Source: Pelagomonas calceolata
Taxonomy: Eukaryota
DNA length: 64,000 nucleotides
Assembly (NCBI GenBank): GCA_918797485.1
Contig: CAKKNE010000001.1
Coordinates: 6,014,001 to 6,078,000 of the forward strand
Direction of reading: 5' to 3'
Positions within the stretch are counted from its first letter, which is position 1. Each line of letters opens with the position of its first letter. Shown piece after piece: positions 32,601-40,986 of the stretch. A model generated the notes under the pieces. That model saw only the letters and a program-made list of their open reading frames with translations, searched no databases and was not told the origin of the DNA. Position numbers and translations under genes: made by a program.

Positions 32601-32786
32601 CCGCTCGGTGGCCTCGGCCTTGCGCCGCTGCGCCTCCATGCGCGCGTTGGCATCTTGATAGTACGGCTGCTGACCCGTCTCCGCCGGCGGTCGGAAGTCG
32701 ACCATGGCAACCACGGTGCCGAGCTTCGGCCCGGGGCCGAGCGGCGGCGCCGGCTCCTCGGGCGCCTCGGGCGCGTCGATCTCCAT
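26666..32786 (-). CDS. Large SNF2-family ATPase (Rad5/16/SHPRH-like) with N-terminal Agenet/Tudor-like repeats and SUMO-like region; at least 6 element introns
   Basis: After splicing: LRPYQRRALAWMI-AKE, GGILADEMG-LGKT, ATLVVMP...QQW, WWRMMTDEAQ, RWAVTGTP, KVVVFSQF, GLTLTVA, EDQAIARVHRIGQ. One unexplained in-frame TAG at 29511-29509. Confidence 0.85.
28070..28277 (-). mobile_element. Intact Introner element (28070-28269) plus TSD = 208-nt GT-AG intron
   Basis: Perfect TIRs and perfect TSD aacgcgac (28062-69, 28270-77). Phase-0 join. Confidence 0.95.
28616..28717 (-). mobile_element. Introner-derived intron (102 nt, GT-AG), opposite orientation to 28070
   Basis: ctgtgtggaaatcaaccagtg...gatgtccacacag. 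TSD gtggtaac / atgataac (6/8). Confidence 0.88.
28924..29038 (-). mobile_element. Decayed Introner-derived intron (~115 nt, GT-AG)
   Basis: ctgcgtgg end and internal hairpin cgcgtcgatggcg...cgccatcgacgcg. A frame change is required here; alternative boundaries 28920-29046 also fit. Confidence 0.65.
29862..30018 (-). mobile_element. Introner element (29862-30010) plus TSD = 157-nt GT-AG intron inside Walker A
   Basis: Perfect TIRs and perfect TSD gccgagac. Removal restores DEMGLGKT. Confidence 0.96.
30209..30354 (-). mobile_element. Introner-derived intron (146 nt, GT-AG) with inverted flanks
   Basis: ctgtgcggaaatcaa...ttgatttccgcactg. Flanks tccttcgc / gcgaagga are reverse complements. Phase-0 join WMI-AKE. 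Confidence 0.85.
31509..31621 (-). mobile_element. Internally deleted Introner (31509-31613) plus TSD = 113-nt GT-AG intron
   Basis: Perfect TIRs and perfect TSD cggcggac. Frame restored (ELMG-PPKDV). Confidence 0.94.
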
Positions 32787-33421
32787 CGTTTTTTTAGCTG
32801 CGCGCTTGTTGCGCGCTTGTTGCGGTGCTTTGTGCGGCGCTGTCTTGCTCGCGCGCGCGGGCGTCTCGCGCGTCTTCGAGTCAACTGCGGCTGTGGCTCG
32901 AAATATCGCGGCCGCGGCGCAGTCTTTTGCCCCGCAAGCGACGCAGCGATGAAAGCACAGCACACAGCGATGTTACGCGCTGCGTATCGTCGCGCGTTAG
33001 TCTCGGTGCTGCTCGCAGCTTGACCAGGACCGTCTCGGCGCGCAGTCGCCACGGGACTGGCTGGTTAGCCGCGCACGCGTCCGCCCGGCCAAGAGAGGGA
33101 TCTCAAGAGTATGCAGGCGTCTAAGACGCCTTCGCGGATGTACGCTGTTTCTAGTGGTCGCGCGGCTGCACGAACGCGGGCGAATGAAAGTATCGGTAGA
33201 GCGATGATCTAAACAACCTCCCAACTTCACAATTCACCATAGCCGTCCACCGAGACCAAATAGTTCAGTGGAAGCCCGGGATCATACCCGCGCGCCTCCC
33301 GGAACCACCGCGACATTCGCGGATGAGTCTTACGGCTCGCCAAAATACACCAGCGATTGACGGCGCCATCCACCGTCCGAATAGTACATTATATCAACTC
33401 CAGCCCAGTTTTCATCCACAC

Positions 33422-33849
33422 TCGACGGAACCGGAGCCGACGGCCCGCGCTCGGAGGGCGGGAGAAGGATTCTACTAGACAACTCCCGAGTTTATGTTCG
33501 TTTTCTTCCGTTTGTTAGTGGTAGAGTCCATCCAACCCGAATCAGCGACCATTGAGCTATTTTAGATATTCCGTTAGAGCCACGCGAAACGGCAACTTGG
33601 CAGCCCCGCGTTTGCGCATAAACAGGCCCAACACCCAAATCCGCGAGTATCAGCGACGCCACCACCCAGATGGACTATAACGCCGTTGTTCTATTCACGA
33701 TCGACCGACTTGCCCGATCTCCGCGGGCGACGGTGCGTAGCCGGGGCACTGAATTGGCCCCAGACCGGTGGTTTATAAAATAAATTTGCGTTTCAGGCGC
33801 TTCGGTTACGGAACGGACCAGATAACCGGCCTGAACATGTACTACATTG
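33422..33849. repeat. ~430-bp direct repeat, copy B
   Basis: Diverged colinear copy of 26091-26521 within a lower-GC, ORF-poor stretch. Confidence 0.9.
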
Positions 33850-34630
33850 GATTAACGGTCCCGTTTACGACTCGCGCCTCGTCGGTCTCGGACCCCAGGA
33901 TCTCGCTTTAAATGGGCTCGATGACCAGATCTGCGGCCATCAGCCCGTGTACCATCACCATGGACCATGACGCGATCATTTGTTCCATGATCGACCGACT
34001 TAAGCGAGGTCCAGATCAAGATGTTCACGTCCCGAGCGTGGGCAGCCAAAAGTACCCTTCTTATAATGTAGATGTCATATACTTGTAATCCACTATCGCT
34101 GGGGTAGTATGGGGTCCAACGAGACCGCTACGGCGACTATTGGGGGCCCTCGGGTAATTGACGTTTTTGACGGGAACGGGGTGCCATCGGGTCCAAATTG
34201 CACACTTTTTTCGGGCGCAGATCGGCTCCTGGACGTCTCTCGGGGTAGGTCTGGTGGCGGGGAGTCGCCTGCACCGCATACGCCGGCGCTTGGGCCCACC
34301 GAGGGCTCTGGAAGCCATTGCCAAGTAATTCATGCTCGAATGGCTTGGAGTGTTGAGAGAATTGGCCGATAATCCCTCGAAGCGGTGGCGCATGCGGTGT
34401 AGGCGACTAACCATGTATACATACGACCCTAAGCGATCCCCGGGAGACCTCCGGGCCACGAATGGACCGGATTCCACCGGCGCATCCGCCATGGACAATG
34501 GCTGCATCGTCGCCGCGAATTAAAAAAAAACTTTTTTCGGCCCCCAGTACGTGTCCCATTGATCTCTTTGGACCAGTAGCGAACAGAACGGTACTCAAGC
34601 AGCTGCATGTCGTCGTTTTTTCCTCTGCTT

Positions 34631-34655
34631 GCTAGTGTCTTTATGCACCGCTAGC
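34631..34655 (-). promoter_or_regulatory. Dispersed upstream CTAG motif (copy 4)
   Basis: gctagtgtctttatgcaccgctagc, the reverse form of the motif. Confidence 0.5.
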
Positions 34656-34895
34656 CTCGCAAATTTCGAGGCGCGGAGACGATTGGGGTGCGAGTGCAGT
34701 TTTGCCAGGCTGTTTTCGCTGCGTAAGAAATTCTCACAGCGCGCATAGCTCGCAGTTCGGACGCAACCATCGTCTAGACGCAAAAAGCAACCACACCCAG
34801 CCAGGAGCTGGAGTGCTTAAAAAAGCCGTGTGGTCACGCAGAGCCCGCGGCGGCTGGTGGCTAGGCAGCTTAGCTCTAAGCAAAGCAAAAAAAAA

Positions 34896-37151
34896 ATGGA
34901 CCCCGCCACTCTCGCCCAGATCGCGGCGACCCACCCGCTCGTCAGGACCGTCGAGAGCGGCGAGGAGCCGACGGGCCCGGCCGCCGAGGCCATCCGAAGA
35001 CAAGTGGAGAGTCTGCTCGCCATCGACATGGAGGACCCCGAGCTGCACGAGGCCATGGACGTCGTCGCCGATCTGTGGAAAAGCAAGGGCATGGGCAACA
35101 CCGCGGAGAATAGGAGGAATTTGCGGAGCGACCTCGAGCGCCAGGCCGTCGAGCGGTGCGAGGATTTTGTGAGGCAGATGGCGCCGATGCGCGATATGCT
35201 GCGCCAGGCCGAGGCGAACGCGGATCTATTGGACCGGCAGGCGCAGGACTCCGTCGAGGACCTGGAGAGGACGGACGCGGAGACGCGGCGCGTCGTCGCC
35301 GCGCACGAGCAGCTGTTGGAGACGCGGGACCAGCTGCAGCGGGAGCACGACGCCGCCGTAGTAGTCCGTGCGGAAATCATTCATTGTTGTTCGTGGTGTC
35401 GCGTCGATGGCGCTACAAGGACAACATCGCGTCGATGGCGTGGCCATACGCCATCGAGCGGACACAACACGCACCCGCAACACACACAGGTCGCGTTCCG
35501 CGCGCGCTACGAGCTCTCGCCGAACGAGACGGCGGCCCTCGAGGCGCGCGGCGTCTACGAGGAGCGCGGCGGCGACGCGGACGCGTTCTTCCGCGCGCTC
35601 GAGCGCGCCGACGCCGCCGCGGCGGACGTGCGCCGGGCGCTGGCGGACCCGGACGGCGCGAAAGCGGAGGCGCAGGAGCACGAGCTCGTGCCGGCGGGCG
35701 ACGAGGGCGAGGCCCTCCTCGCAAAGCTGGATGGGGCGACGGCCGCGGCCTACCGCAAGCTCTTCGAGTTCGCGGCGTCGTCCTTAGGCCGGGGCGCCGC
35801 GACCGCAACCGACGCCGCCCAAAAAGCCGCCTCGTCGGAAGCCGCGGCGACGGACGCGCGGCACCCGCTCAAGCGCGCGCTCCAGGCTTTGACGCAGCGC
35901 CGCGCCCTTTATGCGGCCTGCCGCGACGCCTGCGGCGCGTCGCGGCGCGCGCTCTGCGTCGCGCGCCTCAAGGAGACGCTAGCCGAACGGGGCGCCGCGG
36001 GCGACGCGACCAAGACCACGGACCCGGCGCGCTTCGTCAGCGATTTATTAGCGTGGACGCACCAGACGCTGGCGACGGAGGCGGACGTCGCGCGCGGCTT
36101 GTTCGGCGACGACGGCCTGAAGGCGCTCGTGAGCGCGGCCGTCGAGGGGCTCGCGGCGGCCGTCGGCGACCGCATCGGCGCGGCCCTCGGTCGTTTGGTT
36201 GATGACGCGGCGGCCGCGCACGGCGTGGCCTGCGTGTGCGGCTTCTACGCGGACGCGCTCGCGACTAAAATTGGAAGGGGGCCGCTGCCCGAGGCGCTGG
36301 ACAAGGCCTCGCAGAGCGCCGCGCAGACGGCGGTCGACGCCGCGCAGCGGGTCGGCGCGGAGGCGCGGTCGGTGGACGCGCGGCGGGACGCGGCGCCGGC
36401 GCGGAAGGCGTTGGACGTGGCGGAGGCCATCGTGCGCGCGGACGCCGCGCGGCCCGTGCAGTCGTCCGAGGCGCCGGCGGCGACGGAGGCCGCGGGTACG
36501 GTGGTTGCCCTCGCCTTAGATCCGGTCCTGGCCTCGTACAAAGCGCAGCTCGAGGCGGAGGTCGCGCGCGACTTCGCGGGGCCGCCCTTCGGCGCCGGCG
36601 CCGACGCCGTCGGGAGCGGCGCCGGCGACGCGGACGCCGTCGTCGCGACAGCGGCGTGGTGCTGCGGCGCCGCGGACGATGCGTGTCGCAGATTGCGCGC
36701 GCTGCCTCTGGCGACGCCCTCGTCGACGGCGTACGCCGGACGCTTTGCCGCCTTTGCGGAAGCGTGCGCCGAGACGTGCGCGCGCGAGGCCGCGAGTCGG
36801 TTGTTGCGCCGGTGCGGCCTCGAGCCGATGCTGCTGCGCTGCCGCAAGGTCGAGCTGCTGCAGGCCAGGGGCGAGGTCCTCGGGCCCGCGGCGGAGGCGA
36901 TCTCCCGGGAGACGCTGTCGGCGGCGCTGCGCGCGTTTTACTCGGCGCTCTTCCAGGACCCGGCGCCGGACCTCGGCGCCATCGCGCCCGACGCGCGGCG
37001 CGCCGAGGCGAAATCGCTCTGCGCCAAGATCCTCGCGCACGCGCACGCGTCCGTCTACGCGCTCGCCGCGGACGAAGGCACGGGCGGCTATGGGGAGACG
37101 GACTTTTTGGTGCATTCGCCGGACCAGGTGAGAGTACTATTGGACGTGTAA
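34896..37151 (+). CDS. COG6: Conserved oligomeric Golgi complex subunit 6; exons 34896-35357, 35490-37151
   Basis: NTAENRRNLRSDLER, AFRARYELSPNE, FFRALERA, AYRKLFEF, DPARFVSDLLAWTHQ, C-terminal HSPDQVRVLL. Confidence 0.85.
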   Translation: MDPATLAQIAATHPLVRTVESGEEPTGPAAEAIRRQVESLLAIDMEDPELHEAMDVVADLWKSKGMGNTAENRRNLRSDLERQAVERCEDFVRQMAPMRDMLRQAEANADLLDRQAQDSVEDLERTDAETRRVVAAHEQLLETRDQLQREHDAAVVVRAEIIHCCSWCRVDGATRTTSRRWRGHTPSSGHNTHPQHTQVAFRARYELSPNETAALEARGVYEERGGDADAFFRALERADAAAADVRRALADPDGAKAEAQEHELVPAGDEGEALLAKLDGATAAAYRKLFEFAASSLGRGAATATDAAQKAASSEAAATDARHPLKRALQALTQRRALYAACRDACGASRRALCVARLKETLAERGAAGDATKTTDPARFVSDLLAWTHQTLATEADVARGLFGDDGLKALVSAAVEGLAAAVGDRIGAALGRLVDDAAAAHGVACVCGFYADALATKIGRGPLPEALDKASQSAAQTAVDAAQRVGAEARSVDARRDAAPARKALDVAEAIVRADAARPVQSSEAPAATEAAGTVVALALDPVLASYKAQLEAEVARDFAGPPFGAGADAVGSGAGDADAVVATAAWCCGAADDACRRLRALPLATPSSTAYAGRFAAFAEACAETCAREAASRLLRRCGLEPMLLRCRKVELLQARGEVLGPAAEAISRETLSAALRAFYSALFQDPAPDLGAIAPDARRAEAKSLCAKILAHAHASVYALAADEGTGGYGETDFLVHSPDQVRVLLDV
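35358..35489 (+). mobile_element. Decayed Introner-derived intron (132 nt, GT-AG, in frame without stop)
   Basis: GT lies 8 nt before ccgtgcggaaatca; internal cgcgtcgatggcg motifs; ends cacacag. Confidence 0.8.
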
Positions 37152-37160
37152 TATCATAAA

Positions 37161-38028
37161 CTAAAAAGAATTAGATCTTAGGCGGCGGGATTCGTCCTCA
37201 GCGTCTGCCCTTGAGCTTTCGCCTACTCGGGTCGTCGTTGACCATTTGCCCGAGCCGCGCCACTTCAAATCTTTTACGTGCTGGGGGATTTTCTCTGGCT
37301 CGTCCTCCGTGAGCATATTCCTAGTGTACAGCAAATCAAGCCAGGCTGCGTTCGTATGGGGATGAGAAACACCAAAGACTCGTTGAAAACGCTTGAAGGC
37401 GTCAATAATACTCTCCAGTGCATCAGCTATGTCGTCTCGTGTCTGGGCCCCGCCTCTGATTAACCCTTGACAGAGTTGATGCCTTAGCAATAGCGTCGTC
37501 TCGTGGTCTTCTCCTAGCTCCAGCACCGCTGCCGAAATCGTTTTACGCGTCAAGACGCAAGCTTCGGCGTGTTCGAAGTTGTGCATCAGTGAGACTGAAA
37601 GATTCAAGGCTGCTATGAAGCGATTCTCCCCGGGTTTACACTCCCGCTCCTTGGTCGATCAAAAGCTTCGCCTGCTCCGCCAGGCACGACACGTGGGCAA
37701 AGCCCGCCGTCCCGCGGCACGCACAACCGCGTACGAGGCCCTCCTTAGTCTTCCAATGCAAAGCCTGCGTGCAGATGTAGCACGTCTGGCCCTTCGTGTC
37801 CGCCGCGCACGCCTCGACCGCGACCGCGACTGCCTCCTTGTATTTTTTGTTCGCGTTGTATTGCTCCGCGTTGCCGCCGCGGTGTATTTTCTTGCACATC
37901 TGCTTGTGGCCGCGGCGCCAGTGGTCATGCTGGCAAGTGGCATCACAGTAGCGCGTCCAACATCTAACGCAACGCGGCGCGTTGTGGGCCAGTGGGGCGG
38001 CGCAGGCGGCGCATGTTGTGAGGATCAT
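37161..38028 (-). pseudogene. MYND zinc finger + RING-variant protein, frameshifted near 37650
   Basis: CAAC...CVRC...YCDATCQHDHW and CYIC...GCACRGTAGFAHVSCL stop at 37636. A helical C-terminal part continues in another frame to 37161. Confidence 0.6.
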
Positions 38029-38260
38029 TTTGCGTTGGCGGGGTGTCTGTAGGGCGTTCGCGTCGCGCGGTGTGGTTTTTGTGAGTTGAAAAATCGGGTT
38101 TTCCCGAAGTACAGGTACCTTGTTTTTTACTGAGATAGTAACAAAAGTTGTAATGCCATACCACGCGATTTTTACGGCTACCTTTTGGTTACATGGCAGT
38201 GCCTAGGAGTCAATCTCTTGGCCGCCGAACGTAGTATTTGCCTAGTAAAGCAGAGTGAGG

Positions 38261-39484
38261 ATGATGCCACTGCTCATCTGGCTTGCATACGTCGTCGTCG
38301 CGTCCCAGGACTCAGCTCGCGACTACGCGGCGCCTCGCCGGCATCCCAGTCCACGCCAGCGCCGCAACATTAGTCATGCGGCTCGTAACGCGAGCCGCGC
38401 GGCAAGACGCTTCTGCACGGGCCGACGCCAGAGCCGCGACGCCATCGTCTACTTAGGTCAGAGGACGCACTCGTCCTACGACGCGACGCGAACCATCACG
38501 CTGAACGCGTCCTTGGAGATGCTGCATGCGAACATGAGACGCACCGTAGAAGCGGCTGATGTTATAATCTTTCACGAGGGCGACCTCGATGCCATCGCGA
38601 ACGTGCGCATGTGCCTCCTGCGCGAGGAGACGGGCTGGGGACCGCCGCCGTGGCTCTCTGAAATTCCCGCGAACGAAAATTGGTCCGCGGGCTATCGCTT
38701 CATGATTCGGTTCTACGCCGTCACGATCTGGCCGACGCTTCATAGACTCGGCTATCAGTACGTGATGCGCATGGACGACGACTCGTTTATCCTGTCGCCC
38801 GTGAAATACAACGTCTTCAACGACTTGCGACGTAGGGGCGCGTGGTACGCCTACCGCACGCTCAGCAGGGAATGTCCGCTTTTTTTTGGAGAGTTCGTCG
38901 ACGGCTTCATCGCGAGCGTGACGCCCAAACTAGGCAACCGTCCGCCGCCGCGCGGGGAGTCCTACTGCAGTTCTACGGGAGCGCTGGCTTTCTACAATAA
39001 CTGGCACGTAACGAAAATATCGTGGTGGCTCGAACCGGGACGCGCGAGGTTCGCGGAGGCCTTCGATAGATCGAATCTCATTTTCACCCACCGCGCGGGA
39101 GACCTGCTCTTCCAGACGGCCTCCGTCAAGTTGTTCATGCCGAAGGCGCGGCGACGGCGGTACGCTGACTTTACGTATCGGCACCATTCCATCATCGGCG
39201 GACAGGTAGCCTTTGGCGGCATCGAGGCGGGATGGCGCGATCGCGACGCGCGGGCGACGCTTCGGGCCTACGCGGCGACGTTCGAAGGCGTCGGCAACGG
39301 CACCGGGACGACGTCGGATCTACGCGTGCGCAAGTGCGGCGTCCAGGAGGAGGTCGACGGACCGTTCCGGCCCACGCTCTACATCAGCCCCGCGCTCGAC
39401 GCCGCGGAGGCGCATCACGTGCCGCCGTCGTTTACGACGGCACCGTTCTGTGAGGAGCAGATGCCTCGGGCGGAATTCGAGTAG
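38261..39484 (+). CDS. Glycosyltransferase family 15 (KRE2/Mnt1-like mannosyltransferase)
   Basis: GYRFMIRFY, YVMRMDDDS, FYNNW, HRAGD; N-terminal signal/anchor. Confidence 0.75.
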   Translation: MMPLLIWLAYVVVASQDSARDYAAPRRHPSPRQRRNISHAARNASRAARRFCTGRRQSRDAIVYLGQRTHSSYDATRTITLNASLEMLHANMRRTVEAADVIIFHEGDLDAIANVRMCLLREETGWGPPPWLSEIPANENWSAGYRFMIRFYAVTIWPTLHRLGYQYVMRMDDDSFILSPVKYNVFNDLRRRGAWYAYRTLSRECPLFFGEFVDGFIASVTPKLGNRPPPRGESYCSSTGALAFYNNWHVTKISWWLEPGRARFAEAFDRSNLIFTHRAGDLLFQTASVKLFMPKARRRRYADFTYRHHSIIGGQVAFGGIEAGWRDRDARATLRAYAATFEGVGNGTGTTSDLRVRKCGVQEEVDGPFRPTLYISPALDAAEAHHVPPSFTTAPFCEEQMPRAEFE

Positions 39485-39547
39485 TTAGTATTTTGGATTC
39501 GTTCGAGGTGGCTCCATCCCAAAAGAGCCTTGGCAAATCTGGGCCGG

Positions 39548-39567
39548 GCTAGCGGTAAGACACTAGC
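39548..39567 (+). promoter_or_regulatory. Dispersed upstream CTAG motif (copy 5)
   Basis: gctagcggtaagacactagc, about 140 bp before the ATG at 39706. Confidence 0.55.
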
Positions 39568-39705
39568 AAGCAGGCAGCAATTCGCGCTTGTTTTTGGGGC
39601 AACAAGCCCATAATTTATCGTCAGCGCGTGTGCCTGGCACTACCGTCGTACACCTCAGCGACGTGTGCGGTAAAATCCGGACTCGCAGCGACTCCACAGC
39701 TACAA

Positions 39706-40968
39706 ATGGCCGAGCCGGAGCCAACCGCCGAGATGGACACGAGCGACGCACCAGCGGAAGCCGCAAACAACGCAGCCGCCGCGGGCTTTCTCGCGCCCAG
39801 CGACCTCGCGGCCGCCAAGGCCCAGGTCATCAGCAAGAGCGGCAAGCGCGGCTGGCTCGACTGGCGGAAATGCGACTGGGACCGCTGGGGCGCCGCGCCG
39901 CGCGCGACGGCGCCGTTGGAAGTGAGCGAGGGCCGGGCCTTTGTGCTCGCGAAGGTGCCGCTCAAGGAGAGATACGATGTGGCGTACGGCGGCGAAGCGC
40001 GCATCCATACGCCGCACATGTTGATCGAACGCATCCAGGAAAAAAAACGTCGATTAAGTTGCGTCGTCGACGCGACGTTACGACGGCCGGGCGACTTCCA
40101 TGACGTCGGGGATTGGGAGGACTGGGACGTCGAACGTATCGAACTAAGGAAGGACGCGCGGCCCTGCGTGCGGGTCCGGGACGCCGTGCCTCTCAATAAA
40201 GATTTGGATAATGCGGTCGTGGCGTGCGGGAAGGCCTGGAAGCATCCTTCTGTGGTCGTGTTTCTGTCGGTGGACGGCTGCAACACGGCGGGGCTCTGTG
40301 CCGTGGCAACCCTGATAGATCTGTGCGGGGTCGCGCCTTTAGATGCGTGGAACGGCATCCGGGCAGCCAGACCGATTTTTTCGGAGGGTCACGTCGCTTT
40401 GTTGAATGCGCGGTACCCTGGAAATAATTTCAGTTGTGACGCGGCGCCGGCCTGGTACGGTCCGCAAGCGGAGGGCGACGCGGAGGACGATCCTGAAATT
40501 GATGACGAGGCTCCGCCGCCGCAGAAGAAGCGGACGCATGAAGACGCGGCGGAACCGCCAGAAGCCAAGCCGCGGAACAAGCGGCCGAAGCTGCGCAAGG
40601 CCGCCGCCGCGGCGCCGCCGCCTCCACCAAACGACCTGCGCCACGGCGACCTGCGGACGCTGGACGTCCACGCGACGGCGCCCGACGGGACGCGGTCGCG
40701 CATCGGGGGCCTCTCCACGACCTTCGAGATGTGCCCGCCTGCTTTAGAGGTGCGGCCCGACGCCTACGACAAGGACCTGCCGAAGGTCGCGCGCTACGCG
40801 TCGTTTACTTGCACCGTCGCCGGCGACCGGGCGGGCCTCGCGGGGCTGTTGAAATACTTGCGGGATAGGAAGAAGGCCGCGGTGTTGTGCCGCGGGCCGC
40901 CGCGGATCTACCTGCCGCCCCAGGAGATCGGGGCGGACGGGGGGCTGGAATTGCGGTTCCGGGAGTAA
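39706..40968 (+). CDS. mRNA-capping RNA-triphosphatase-like (DSP fold, degenerate P-loop) fused to SPOC-like C-terminus
   Basis: FVLAKVPL, TPHMLI, VVDAT, FLSVDGCNTAG (cf. HCTHGxNRTG) and LLKYLRDRKKAAVL...IYLPP. Confidence 0.55.
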   Translation: MAEPEPTAEMDTSDAPAEAANNAAAAGFLAPSDLAAAKAQVISKSGKRGWLDWRKCDWDRWGAAPRATAPLEVSEGRAFVLAKVPLKERYDVAYGGEARIHTPHMLIERIQEKKRRLSCVVDATLRRPGDFHDVGDWEDWDVERIELRKDARPCVRVRDAVPLNKDLDNAVVACGKAWKHPSVVVFLSVDGCNTAGLCAVATLIDLCGVAPLDAWNGIRAARPIFSEGHVALLNARYPGNNFSCDAAPAWYGPQAEGDAEDDPEIDDEAPPPQKKRTHEDAAEPPEAKPRNKRPKLRKAAAAAPPPPPNDLRHGDLRTLDVHATAPDGTRSRIGGLSTTFEMCPPALEVRPDAYDKDLPKVARYASFTCTVAGDRAGLAGLLKYLRDRKKAAVLCRGPPRIYLPPQEIGADGGLELRFRE

Positions 40969-40986
40969 CGGTTATTTGACAGAGTT

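Noticed and set aside
26091..33849. Classical LTR retrotransposon
   Set aside because: There is no gag/RT/integrase between the repeats and no clear TG...CA ends; kept only as an unexplained direct repeat.
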